This document shows, piece by piece, positions 43,304 through 53,124 of a DNA stretch of 64,000 nucleotides. The notes beneath the pieces are model-generated. The model was not told the origin of the DNA and made no database searches. It saw only the letters and a program-made list of their open reading frames with translations. Within the stretch, counting starts at the first letter, position 1, and every line of letters begins with the position of its first letter. Source of the DNA: Nitrososphaeraceae archaeon. Its GTDB lineage: Archaea > Thermoproteota > Nitrososphaeria > Nitrososphaerales > Nitrososphaeraceae. The stretch lies in contig JBIOZG010000032.1 of NCBI GenBank assembly GCA_044870765.1, positions 13,598 through 77,597 of the forward strand, written 5' to 3'. The position numbers and the translations under genes were made by a program.

Positions 43304-44746
43304 CTAATATGCTCTACCAAAATACACTTCAGTGGTCCCTTCTTTTCCGCAGGCTATGCATGAAGAAATATTCCTTTTAGTATTAAATGGAATGATTCGA
43401 ATATCTGCTGTTGTCTTTTCTTTCACAAGATCCTCACATTCTCTCTTCCCACACCAACTGCAAGCGACAAAACCTCCCGATGAGTCAAGCATTGAGAGCA
43501 ATTCATCTAGACGCGTTGCATTTCTTGTGTTTGTCACGAGATAATTTTTCGCAAGATGATACATGTTAGATTGTATATTTTCTAAAATTGACAAAGTCTC
43601 GTTTAGAAGATCTTTTTCTTTGACATAAAATCTTTCCCTAGTATCCCTCGTTATTAACTCGACTTGTTCTTCTCGAATATCTCTAATTCCAATATTTACT
43701 CTTAATGGCACTCCTTTCATCTCCCACTCATTAAATTTCCATCCTGAGGTATACTCGTCCCTATCATCCGTATAAGCGCGTATGTTAGAATCCTTTAATT
43801 TATTTTCTAACTCATATGCTTTTTGTTTCACAATTCCTTTACTTTCGTCCTTATAAATAGGAACAATGATTACCTGAGTTGGCGAAATCTTGGGGGGCAA
43901 AATAAGACCCTTGTCGTCGCCATGTACCATAATTAAGGCACCAATAACCCTCCAGGAAATTCCCCAGGAGGTCTGCCATACAAGATGTTCAGCAGTGTCT
44001 TTGTCGAGGAATTTAATTTCAAATGGTTTTGAAAAATTTTGAGCCAAATTATGTGAAGTGGCCATTTGCAATGCTTTTCCATCTGGCATAAGTGACTCCA
44101 AGCAAGTAGTATAATTTGCACCAACAAACTTTTCTTTGTCTGTCTTGAGTCCTGATACAGTTGGTATAGCAAGGTATTCTTCTATAAGCATTTTGTAAAG
44201 ATCAAGTATCATCCTTACTTCATCGCTAGCCTCTTTTTCATTGCTGTGTGCAGTATGTCCCTCCTGCCAAAGAAATTCTGAATTTCTAATTAGCGGTTTG
44301 GTTGATTTTATTTCAGCTCGCAGAGCACTATTCCAAAAATTCAATTTTAGCGGTAAATCTCTGTAACTTGATATCCATTTTGAGAACATAGAATATGCAA
44401 GGGTTTCTGAAGTCGGTCTAACTGCTAGTTTTTCGCCAAGATCATTATTTCCTGATTTTGTCACCCAATAAACTTCGGGCATAAATCCCTCAAAATGATT
44501 CTTTTCAACAGTAAGGAGACTTTCAGGGATTAATACTGGAAGAAAACCATTTTTGTGACCGGTCTTCTTAAATTGGTAATCAAGTATTTCTTTAATGTTC
44601 TCCCATATTGCATATCCATACGGACGAAGGATTATGAAACCTTTACCCGGCGAATAGTCTGCAATACCGGATTTTATCACACATTGAGTATACCAATCAC
44701 TGAAATCAACTGATTTTTTTACTGTTATTCCTACTTCTTTTGTCAA
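43304..44746 (-). CDS. proS: Proline--tRNA ligase
   Basis: RPTSET, EFLWQEGHT, QTSWGISWR, GWKFNEWEMKGVP and terminal GRAY. Confidence 0.98.
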   Translation of the reverse strand: MTKEVGITVKKSVDFSDWYTQCVIKSGIADYSPGKGFIILRPYGYAIWENIKEILDYQFKKTGHKNGFLPVLIPESLLTVEKNHFEGFMPEVYWVTKSGNNDLGEKLAVRPTSETLAYSMFSKWISSYRDLPLKLNFWNSALRAEIKSTKPLIRNSEFLWQEGHTAHSNEKEASDEVRMILDLYKMLIEEYLAIPTVSGLKTDKEKFVGANYTTCLESLMPDGKALQMATSHNLAQNFSKPFEIKFLDKDTAEHLVWQTSWGISWRVIGALIMVHGDDKGLILPPKISPTQVIIVPIYKDESKGIVKQKAYELENKLKDSNIRAYTDDRDEYTSGWKFNEWEMKGVPLRVNIGIRDIREEQVELITRDTRERFYVKEKDLLNETLSILENIQSNMYHLAKNYLVTNTRNATRLDELLSMLDSSGGFVACSWCGKRECEDLVKEKTTADIRIIPFNTKRNISSCIACGKEGTTEVYFGRAY

Positions 44747-44775
44747 GTTACATTACTACGAGGATCTAAGGTGTT

Positions 44776-45069
44776 TTATGAAAGAGGTTCTCCTTTACAA
44801 TAGACTTTGCCCATTATTCTGCTATTAAAGTTACTACATACGTAGCACTGTATGAATCCCAATTCCTTTTTAAAAACTGGACAATCAACAGCCTCCATTT
44901 TCATTCTTTTTAACATTTTTGGACTCACTCCCTTTAACTTTAGTTTTCCCTTATCATCCATCATTCCGATAGCATGCAGTTCAGATTTCGCCTTGTCATC
45001 TAGTTTGATACTTTTTTCTACTCCCTTTATGGGAACAATGAATTTTGTATCCGGACTCTCCGCACTCAT
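44776..45069 (-). CDS. Small Cys-motif hypothetical protein
   Basis: C-terminal CPV...CYVC...VYC; co-directional with proS. Confidence 0.75.
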   Translation of the reverse strand: MSAESPDTKFIVPIKGVEKSIKLDDKAKSELHAIGMMDDKGKLKLKGVSPKMLKRMKMEAVDCPVFKKELGFIQCYVCSNFNSRIMGKVYCKGEPLS

Positions 45070-45216
45070 AAATGTCTAATGATGTTTAGTTCATCTATAT
45101 GATGCTTGCTATCTGTGTATTTTTTTTATGTGAGAAACTATTGTACTGGTATGTCATAGTTAGAGATCAAATTTAGGGTGTGAAATGATTATTTATTCGA
45201 TACTTGTGAATAAAAT

Positions 45217-45630
45217 ATGGATGATTATTACGGGATCCTTGAGTTAAACAAAAACGCGTCAATTGATGAAATAAGAAGATCATTTAGGATGCTTGCATTG
45301 AAGTATCATCCAGATAAAAATAAGAACGCAGGATCCAAGGAAAAATTTATGAAAATAGTTGAGGCGTATGAAGTATTATCCGATGCTAATGGTAAGAAAA
45401 ACTATGATGAATCAATTACTATAAAAAAGAATACTCCTGAATATGATTTTTCTTGGACACCATCGGCCGATTTTGATAAAGTTTATAGCTATTCGAGGAT
45501 TAAGAACACTTACGTTGGAGGAGGAATTTGGGACATTGGTGAAAAGGCAACAAAGGGGATGTGGAAGGCAACGATTATACTTCTTGCGGCACTTGCTTCT
45601 GTGGCGCTACTTATTGTGTTCCTTCCTTAA
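45217..45630 (+). CDS. J-domain protein with C-terminal membrane anchor
   Basis: DYYGILE, KYHPDKN, EAYEVLSD; C-terminal TM. Confidence 0.92.
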   Translation: MDDYYGILELNKNASIDEIRRSFRMLALKYHPDKNKNAGSKEKFMKIVEAYEVLSDANGKKNYDESITIKKNTPEYDFSWTPSADFDKVYSYSRIKNTYVGGGIWDIGEKATKGMWKATIILLAALASVALLIVFLP

Positions 45631-45641
45631 ATAGATTGGAA

Positions 45642-45845
45642 TTATACTCTTTTCTGCTTCTTAGGGGAAGTAGGTCTATTCTTAACCGTATACTTATACC
45701 AGAAGAACGCCGCCAACGCCAAATTTGCAATTGAAGCAAACAGGAAAATTGGAGAATTAGTCTGAGTAAATACTGCAATACCGTAAATTCCAAAAATCAT
45801 TGCAGCGATCGATAAAAATTTTAGCTGAGTAGTTGAAATTGGCAA
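45642..45845 (-). CDS. Small two-TM membrane protein
   Basis: Two hydrophobic segments and a basic tail. Confidence 0.6.
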   Translation of the reverse strand: MPISTTQLKFLSIAAMIFGIYGIAVFTQTNSPIFLFASIANLALAAFFWYKYTVKNRPTSPKKQKRV

Positions 45846-45937
45846 CCATATTCAAATGTTTTAATCAGTATAAAAGTCAAACTACTATGTAGCAATTTTC
45901 CCTTAACTTGCAAACTAATTTGTAAACCAGACCTAAT

Positions 45938-46702
45938 CTATACAGGATTACAAATTGGAATTGGTTCGCGCTTGTGTTGAGATTTTCTTATCATATCCAC
46001 TACTAATTTTATCTTTTTCTTACTTTTGTCACAGCTGCCTAGATCATTATTGAGATAATATTGCAGTATGATATCTATCTCGCTATAGGAAAGACCAAGT
46101 TGTTTTTCTGCTAAATGTCCCTTCCATAATCTTGGACTACTTGGCTGATTGATAATACGATTTGGAAGTCCTAGTTCCTTACCTAATAACTTCACTTGGC
46201 TCTTGTAGAGTCCTCCAATAGGAAGAAAGTCAGCTCCCCCGTCACCAAATTTAGTAAAATAGCCTATCATTAATTCGCTCTTGTCAGAAGTTCCCAATAC
46301 AAGTAGATCACTTATACCTGCATAGTGATATAGCAATGTCATTCTGAGTCTTGCCGAAATATTTCCTGCAGATAGTTTATTCTTTGGGAGATGACTTAAC
46401 AAATTGGTTTTTGCAGTTTCGAAATGAATTTCATTGTAATTGACTTTCAACTCATTTGCAAGATAACGGGCATTGTCAGTGTCCTTTTTTGGTGTAACTC
46501 CTCCTTCTGGCATAATCAAAGCCACTATCCTATCTTTTTTTATGGCTTTGGTTGCTAGTACCAGACATACGGACGAATCAAGACCACCACTCAGTCCAAG
46601 AACAAGGCCATTTTTCTTGCTTAATTCGACTTGTTTTGAAATAAATCTTGTAATTTTGTGAGAAACTATTTTGTAGTTTAAAGAAAGAAAATCTTGATAC
46701 AT
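45938..46702 (-). CDS. nadE: NH3-dependent NAD+ synthetase
   Basis: GLSGGLDS, NISARLRM, GYFTKFGDG. Confidence 0.95.
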   Translation of the reverse strand: MYQDFLSLNYKIVSHKITRFISKQVELSKKNGLVLGLSGGLDSSVCLVLATKAIKKDRIVALIMPEGGVTPKKDTDNARYLANELKVNYNEIHFETAKTNLLSHLPKNKLSAGNISARLRMTLLYHYAGISDLLVLGTSDKSELMIGYFTKFGDGGADFLPIGGLYKSQVKLLGKELGLPNRIINQPSSPRLWKGHLAEKQLGLSYSEIDIILQYYLNNDLGSCDKSKKKIKLVVDMIRKSQHKREPIPICNPV

Positions 46703-46704
46703 TA

Positions 46705-48054
46705 TTATTTTTCTACCGGGGGTTTGGAGAACGTATTACTTTGATCCAGGTGATAATTAATGGACACCTGAGGATCTTTCTGTTTACCTGTTAAAATTCC
46801 TATTACAATATCGTCCTTTTTTATCATCTCCTCTTGTCTGAGCTTTCTTATTCCGGCAGGGACCGCCCCTGAAGCCATTTCGCAATCAAATCCGTTAAGT
46901 CCAACTAATGCCATACCATCACTCATTTCTTTGTCCGAAACTTGCGCTACAACACCATTTGTAAATGCAACTGATCTTAGTGCCTTGATCAAGTTGGCAG
47001 GCTTGCCTATCTGTATTGCTGTGGCTTTTGTATGAGGTCTAATACCATTTTTGTCCTTTTCAATGTAGTATTCTCTAATCAAGCTCATATCAGGTCTTCC
47101 GTCATTCCATGTTAGTTTTTTACTGCCAAACAGTCCATTGGTCAACTCATAAAACGTATTGGCACCCACTGAATTAACGACTAATAATCTTGGAATTTTT
47201 TTTATCCACCCAAGGTTGTAAAGTTCCATTAAAGCCTTGCCACAACTAGATGTATTTCCTAATGCGCCTCCCGGATAAACAATCCAGTCCGGTGGATTCC
47301 AATCAAGGTATTCTAATGCTCTGTAAACTATTGTTTTCTGTCCTTCAATCCTGAAGGGATTGATGGAATTTACCGTGTACGCTCCTAGGTTTTGAGCTTG
47401 ATTCAATGAATACGTGAGAGCATCATCAAAGTTGCCGTCAATCTCAATCACCTGAGCGCCAAACTGAAATGCTTGACCTAGTTTGCCCGGTGCTATTTCT
47501 CCCTTTGGTACAAATACTTCACATTCAATATTTTCATTTGCAGCGTACATTGCCGCAGATGCCGAAGTATTTCCTGTAGAAGCACAAATGATCTTCCGCA
47601 TGTTTATCATTTTTGCATGAGTAACGGCGGTCGACATTCCGTTGTCCTTGAATGAACCACTAGGGTTGTACCCTTCAGGCTGTAGTAACAGCGAATCGTT
47701 ATTCATTAGGGAATATTCCGAGACTTTTTTCATTTTGTATGGTTTAGATTGCCTACCTTCAGACCCATCGAGCGAAACTAGTATCCTAGAACATTGATCA
47801 AAATCTTCTGTATCTAGATGTGCAAAATTAATTAATTCTCGAAATCTCCACACCCCGCTTTCATTGTAAATGTTTCCTCCATGGTTTCTGCGCTGGTAAA
47901 AGACCTCCACTAATTCCCGGGAATAATTTTTTTGGTAAATAATATCCAAAAACGAGCCACACTTGCAAACAAGGGTATTATTATTAATTTCATAAGTCAG
48001 ATTACACGATGGATTTATACATTTTTTGAATGGTCTTCCTCCCCTATCATCCAT
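46705..48054 (-). CDS. thrC: Threonine synthase
   Basis: NPSGSFKD PLP lysine, CASTGNTSAS, NSINPFRIEGQKT. Confidence 0.92.
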   Translation of the reverse strand: MDDRGGRPFKKCINPSCNLTYEINNNTLVCKCGSFLDIIYQKNYSRELVEVFYQRRNHGGNIYNESGVWRFRELINFAHLDTEDFDQCSRILVSLDGSEGRQSKPYKMKKVSEYSLMNNDSLLLQPEGYNPSGSFKDNGMSTAVTHAKMINMRKIICASTGNTSASAAMYAANENIECEVFVPKGEIAPGKLGQAFQFGAQVIEIDGNFDDALTYSLNQAQNLGAYTVNSINPFRIEGQKTIVYRALEYLDWNPPDWIVYPGGALGNTSSCGKALMELYNLGWIKKIPRLLVVNSVGANTFYELTNGLFGSKKLTWNDGRPDMSLIREYYIEKDKNGIRPHTKATAIQIGKPANLIKALRSVAFTNGVVAQVSDKEMSDGMALVGLNGFDCEMASGAVPAGIRKLRQEEMIKKDDIVIGILTGKQKDPQVSINYHLDQSNTFSKPPVEK

Positions 48055-48119
48055 GGATTATTTCCTAAGAAAAAAGATATTTAGACGTTTACGACTTGCG
48101 GAGTCAGGAAATATGTAAT

Positions 48120-49067
48120 TCATAAGGGAGGAAATGCTCCGCAGGTATAACAATACTTGGGATACGTCAAGCAGGAGCAGCAAAACGAACATCGATTTGT
48201 ATCACACGACTCTTTTGCAGGACTTCCAAAAAATGATTCATAAACCCTGTAATAATAGAGATGCTCCTTATTTTTCACTTTGACTTTGTCTACGAGGACA
48301 CGTTCTGATTCGTTTTTAAATTCTTCATCATCTATTAGGTCGTGAAACTTGACTGAGATTTTTTCAAAGTCCGAACCTTGTTCTAAAGCCATCTTGTTTC
48401 TCCAAACTGTCGACCCAAGCTCTTCTACAAACGTTTTTCTTAGAATGAACTTTCCCCACTTCTTGTTTTCAAATTCTCCGACCTTTTCATTAATTCCAAT
48501 CGAAGTGGCCATGTCGTAAAGTGGTTTTTCCAAAAATGGTGTGTTGACCACTACGCCCAATGTTTCTCCTATTTTTCGTGAAGAGAATCTCATTATAGTC
48601 CACAGATCCTCCAAAATTAACTGTAATTTTCGCAAGTTTGAGAAGTACCTGTGCAAGTAGTTGTATCCGGCGAATAATTCATCAGCACCATCCCCTGTGA
48701 CTATGCTCCTGAAACCTTGATTTTTTGAAGTTTTTATACCAAAATATATGACAGCTGAATTCCTTATTTCCAAAGGATCGAATGTCTTGAAAGTTTTAAC
48801 AATATGTGGTACTGCCTTCACAATATCATCAAAATCTACAACACATTCAATATGATTTTCGCTATATTTTCTTGCGATTTTTCTTGCATGCGCCAGATCT
48901 GTTGAATCAGTTCCTAAAGACGTCACAATGCTTAGTTTAGGTTTCATTAAACAAGCCAGGATACTGCTATCTAATCCACCAGACAAGAGCAAAGAACTAT
49001 CAGAGTATTTATTCACAATATCTTTTAGCTTTTCTCTTAGTGCTCTTTGAATTAATGAAAGCGACAA
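48120..49067 (-). CDS. Asparagine synthase C-terminal-domain protein with C-terminal zinc finger
   Basis: LLSGGLDSS, TGDGADELFAGY; tail CSFC...CYTCG; no glutaminase domain. Confidence 0.85.
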   Translation of the reverse strand: MSLSLIQRALREKLKDIVNKYSDSSLLLSGGLDSSILACLMKPKLSIVTSLGTDSTDLAHARKIARKYSENHIECVVDFDDIVKAVPHIVKTFKTFDPLEIRNSAVIYFGIKTSKNQGFRSIVTGDGADELFAGYNYLHRYFSNLRKLQLILEDLWTIMRFSSRKIGETLGVVVNTPFLEKPLYDMATSIGINEKVGEFENKKWGKFILRKTFVEELGSTVWRNKMALEQGSDFEKISVKFHDLIDDEEFKNESERVLVDKVKVKNKEHLYYYRVYESFFGSPAKESCDTNRCSFCCSCLTYPKYCYTCGAFPPL

Positions 49068-49121
49068 TATTTGATATGACTAGTGGTATATGCAAATAAA
49101 AATTTGGCTATGAATATGAAT

Positions 49122-49370
49122 TCATTTCATTGCAGCTGTTCCATTGTGTTCACGTAGCAGTTCCAAACCTTCCTTCGTGATGTAGTACTGCTTGGATTTT
49201 TTTATAACGTAACGAACCATTCTACCAAGATGATAGTAAATTGAACCCGTGGACAGATCCGTCGCATATTTTATTTCAGTAAATCCGGCTGATCCATCAC
49301 TGTCAACAATTGCCTGCAAAATTTTTATTCGTGTTCTCCTCGCACGGAGCTGTGTTTCACCTATCAACAA
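49122..49370 (-). CDS. Winged helix-turn-helix transcription regulator
   Basis: RIKIL...FTEIK...LSTGSIYYHL...YYITKEG. Confidence 0.8.
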   Translation of the reverse strand: MLIGETQLRARRTRIKILQAIVDSDGSAGFTEIKYATDLSTGSIYYHLGRMVRYVIKKSKQYYITKEGLELLREHNGTAAMK

Positions 49371-49538
49371 AAATTTTATGTTAATAAATTATTTATGCCT
49401 TTCTGAATAATTAATTTAAAATAATTGCTAAAAATGAATTCTTTCGTCAATATAAAAGAATTTGTTGTTCTATAGTATATGATTTGACCAATTAGATGAG
49501 CACAGGTATAAATAGAAACAGTATATTACTACACTTTA

Positions 49539-49685
49539 ATGCCGGTTGATCCTGTATGTGGAATTGAAATGGATGAAGATCTCGCTACTATCCACGAGTA
49601 CGATGGAAAAAAATACTATTTTTGCTGTGAGGGTTGTAAGAGCATATTCTCAAGAAAACCTGGTAAATATTCAAAAAGACAATAA
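49539..49685 (+). CDS. YHS-domain (TRASH-type) metal-binding protein
   Basis: Below ORF-track cutoff: MPVDPVCGIEMDEDLATIHEYDGKKYYFCCEGCKSIFSRKPGKYSKRQ*; TATAAAT box about 30 bp upstream. Confidence 0.9.
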   Translation: MPVDPVCGIEMDEDLATIHEYDGKKYYFCCEGCKSIFSRKPGKYSKRQ

Positions 49686-49776
49686 ATCCTAATTGAACAT
49701 TGTTATATGAATTAGTTTTTCTAGTCATAACTAATTAACCTAGCAAAAGATATTCGATACTGTTAGCTATTTACCA

Positions 49777-49962
49777 TTGTCATATTACAATATTGAACTT
49801 GTATGCAACAAGTGTGGGAACTTGAATAACAGGATATCAAACTTGAAATCTGTTCGTGATATGTTAAAGCCTTTAAACAGTATGTGCAAAGGTTGTGGAA
49901 TCTCACTAAATCCCTTTGACTTCTCTATATCTGCTGAAAGAAGATATGAGAAGTTTGTCTAG
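49777..49962 (+). CDS. Small zinc-ribbon protein
   Basis: CNKCG...CKGCG. Confidence 0.7.
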   Translation: MSYYNIELVCNKCGNLNNRISNLKSVRDMLKPLNSMCKGCGISLNPFDFSISAERRYEKFV

Positions 49963-50033
49963 ATAAACCGAGCTATTTATTTTGAATAATTAATTAAGTA
50001 CTATGGGTATTCAAAATAAATTATCTACCGATG

Positions 50034-50747
50034 TTATCTACTTCGAGGACTCAAGTGTTCAAATTCATTTTCATTTCTAATTTTATAATAAGAATCTGCA
50101 ACATTGGTAAACAATCCAACTTCAATTACTCCGGGAATATTTTTCAAGTCCCTTTCTGAGATTTTTAAATTATCATATTTTGGTAACAATGTGTCGTAAA
50201 TAATATTGCCATTTTCACTTATGAATGGATAACCCTTATCAAGTAAACGTAGAGTTGGCGAACAGCCCATTTTCTCTAGTTTCTCAAATACGTAATTTCT
50301 TCCAAACGGGGTAACCTCAATTGGAACTGGCATGTTTAGTGTCTCAACAAACTTGCTAGATTGAGCAAAAATTACAAATTTTTGTGATGATGAAATTAGT
50401 ATTTTCTCCTTTAATAGCGCACCACCGCCTCCCTTAATCATATTAAAGGATGAATCGATCTGGTCAGCGCCATCTAACACAACGTCGATTTTATTTATTT
50501 TATCTTGCTCTATTATTTTTAGCCCCATTGATTCCGACACGAGTCTTATTTGGAGGGAGGTCGCAACAAATTGCAACGATTTTTTATAATCTAAGAGATC
50601 AAGATTTCGTATAATCTTCTCTACAGTGCTTCCACTGCCCAGCCCTATGGTACTTCCCTTAAAGATGTATTTTTCAAAAAAGTCTTGCGAGATTTTGATA
50701 AATTTCTTATATTCCGAAGATGGATTATCCTTATCTTTGGAGCTCAT
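50034..50747 (-). CDS. rpiA: Ribose-5-phosphate isomerase A
   Basis: GLGSGST, DGADQ, IKGGGGALLKEK. Confidence 0.96.
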   Translation of the reverse strand: MSSKDKDNPSSEYKKFIKISQDFFEKYIFKGSTIGLGSGSTVEKIIRNLDLLDYKKSLQFVATSLQIRLVSESMGLKIIEQDKINKIDVVLDGADQIDSSFNMIKGGGGALLKEKILISSSQKFVIFAQSSKFVETLNMPVPIEVTPFGRNYVFEKLEKMGCSPTLRLLDKGYPFISENGNIIYDTLLPKYDNLKISERDLKNIPGVIEVGLFTNVADSYYKIRNENEFEHLSPRSR

Positions 50748-50907
50748 TTGATGAAAGGAAACAATTCCTGTCTACTTTAATCTTTCAGCAGATTAAAGAT
50801 TATGATTTTGTTCATGTAATTCTACTTATAATTTAACAAGAATATATTCAGATAGAAATCGGTTACAATCTAATTCAATTGACAACGAGTATATATACGA
50901 AGTATCA

Positions 50908-52611
50908 ATGAATATTCGTACAATGGCTGAAATGAGTGGTGCAAAGGCATTAATGGATTCCCTGGAAAAAGAAGGAGTTGACATAGTTTTTGGACTTCCA
51001 GGTGGGGCAAATTTGCCCATTTACGATGCCTTAGTTGACGCTAATTTTAGGCACGTTTTGGTAAGACATGAGCAATCTGCAGCTCATATGGCTGATGGTT
51101 ATGCTAGAATAAAGAGGAAAGCCGGAGTATGTTTGGCTACATCAGGGCCTGGTGCAACAAATTTGATTACGGGAATCGCCACTGCTTATGCAGATTCTTC
51201 ACCACTAGTTGCGATCACAGGACAAGTACCACTAAACATGATTGGAAAGGATGCCTTTCAAGAAACAGATATCATCGGTGTTGCTAATCCGTGCACAAAA
51301 TATGCCTTTCAACCAAGACACGCAACCGAAATTCCTGAAGTTGTAAAAAAGTCATTCTATATTGCAGAAAGTGGCAGACCCGGCCCGGTGCTAGTTGATA
51401 TTCCCAAAGACGTTCAACAAGAGGTAACAGAAATACAGTTTCCCGACTTGATAAAAGTTAGAGGATACAAACCGATAGTTGACCCAGATCTCTCCAATGT
51501 AGGAAAAGCTGTTGAACTATTGGTTTCAGCTCAAAGACCTATTATTATGGCGGGTGGCGGAGTAAATTTATCCGGTGCATTCTCAGAGCTTCAAGCACTT
51601 GCTGAATTAATTATGGCGCCTGTCGTTACCACATTCAAGGGCAAGGGTGCATTTCCTGAGAATCATCCGCTTGCTATGGGGCCCATAGGAATGCATGGTC
51701 ATGCTGAAGCAAACAGAATAATACTTGAAGCAGATTGCATACTTGCGGTTGGCGCAAGGTTCTCGGATCGTTCTGTGGGTAGGTTCGATGAATTTGGTAA
51801 AGGTATGAACATAATCCATCTTGATATAGATCCAGCTGAAATTGGAAAAAACAAATCAGTAGATATTGCGATTGTTGGAGATGTAAAATCAGCACTGAGG
51901 ACGATGGTTAAGATGTTGACCAAGGTTGCTGCAAAGAAAAGCACTGATAATCCATGGCTTAAAAGAAGAAAAGAACTAATCGATTATTTTTCGCAAAATA
52001 TTAAGGATTACCCTAGAGAGATTACTGCTAGAAAAGCTCTCAAAAAATTGAGAGAGCTATTGCCAGCGGAGTCCATAGTAACAACAGAAGTAGGCCAGTG
52101 CCAAATGTGGACTTCTTTGCACTTTGATGTTATTGCTCCTGGGACCTTTTTTAGCTCCACCGGATTAGGAACTATGGGGTTCGGTTTTCCTGCATCAATC
52201 GGAGCAAAGGCCGCCAGACCTGATGTACATGTGGTTGATGTAGCAGGTGATGGGTCGTTCAATATGACTGAGAATTCCTTGGCAGTTTCCGTGCTGGAGA
52301 ATTTACCTGTGCTAGTATTCTTGTTGAATAACGATATGCTTGGAATGGTTGCTCAATGGCAGAGAACATTTTACGACAGGAGGTACATGGGAGTGCATCA
52401 AAAGAGTTGTCCTGACTATGTCAAGATTGCTGAGGCATATGGAGCTAACGGATTAAAGGTTCAATCAATGGACGAATTAGAAAAAGGAATCAAAAGTGCT
52501 CTCAGAACGGAAGTAGCCACAGTAATAGATATTAGTATAGATCCCGAAGAAGATGTCTATCCTTTTGTTGCTCCCGGAACTGGACTTAAAGACATGATAA
52601 CAGGTGCATGA
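50908..52611 (+). CDS. ilvB: Acetolactate synthase large subunit
   Basis: FGLPGG, RHEQSA, ATSGPGATN, GDGSFNM, GMVAQWQ. Confidence 0.96.
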   Translation: MNIRTMAEMSGAKALMDSLEKEGVDIVFGLPGGANLPIYDALVDANFRHVLVRHEQSAAHMADGYARIKRKAGVCLATSGPGATNLITGIATAYADSSPLVAITGQVPLNMIGKDAFQETDIIGVANPCTKYAFQPRHATEIPEVVKKSFYIAESGRPGPVLVDIPKDVQQEVTEIQFPDLIKVRGYKPIVDPDLSNVGKAVELLVSAQRPIIMAGGGVNLSGAFSELQALAELIMAPVVTTFKGKGAFPENHPLAMGPIGMHGHAEANRIILEADCILAVGARFSDRSVGRFDEFGKGMNIIHLDIDPAEIGKNKSVDIAIVGDVKSALRTMVKMLTKVAAKKSTDNPWLKRRKELIDYFSQNIKDYPREITARKALKKLRELLPAESIVTTEVGQCQMWTSLHFDVIAPGTFFSSTGLGTMGFGFPASIGAKAARPDVHVVDVAGDGSFNMTENSLAVSVLENLPVLVFLLNNDMLGMVAQWQRTFYDRRYMGVHQKSCPDYVKIAEAYGANGLKVQSMDELEKGIKSALRTEVATVIDISIDPEEDVYPFVAPGTGLKDMITGA

Positions 52612-52614
52612 CAT

Positions 52615-53121
52615 TTGAGTTCAACTGAATACAAAAACAAACCACTGTATATTATCTCATCACTTGTTGAAAATAAACCAGGAGTATTATTTCGAATAAC
52701 CAATCTATTTAGGGCGAGAAATTTCAATATTGAAAGTATAACAGTAGGTACTACCGAGAAACCAGACTTGTCGAGAATGACGATTACTACAAGAATAGAT
52801 GAAGCTATACTAGATCAATTGGTGAAACAATTACGAAAACTCATTGATATTGTTGAAGTAGAGGTTTTGGATATCAATAATACGGTTTATAGGGAATTGG
52901 CGCTCATAAAGATCAGAGCAAAAGACTTTACCAATAGAAACGAGATTATAAATTTCGCAAATGTTTTTAGAGCAAACATATTAGACATCGGCAAGGAGTC
53001 TGTAACCGTAGAGGTCATAGGAACGCCCGATAAAATAGATGCATTTAAGAATCTAATAATACAATATGAAATAGTTGAAATGGCAAGGACCGGTGTTTCC
53101 GCCCTTCAGAGAGGAGAATGA
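52615..53121 (+). CDS. ilvN: Acetolactate synthase small subunit
   Basis: VENKPGVL...FNIESITVG ACT domain, RELALIK, RTGVSAL. Confidence 0.95.
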   Translation: MSSTEYKNKPLYIISSLVENKPGVLFRITNLFRARNFNIESITVGTTEKPDLSRMTITTRIDEAILDQLVKQLRKLIDIVEVEVLDINNTVYRELALIKIRAKDFTNRNEIINFANVFRANILDIGKESVTVEVIGTPDKIDAFKNLIIQYEIVEMARTGVSALQRGE

Positions 53122-53124
53122 TTT

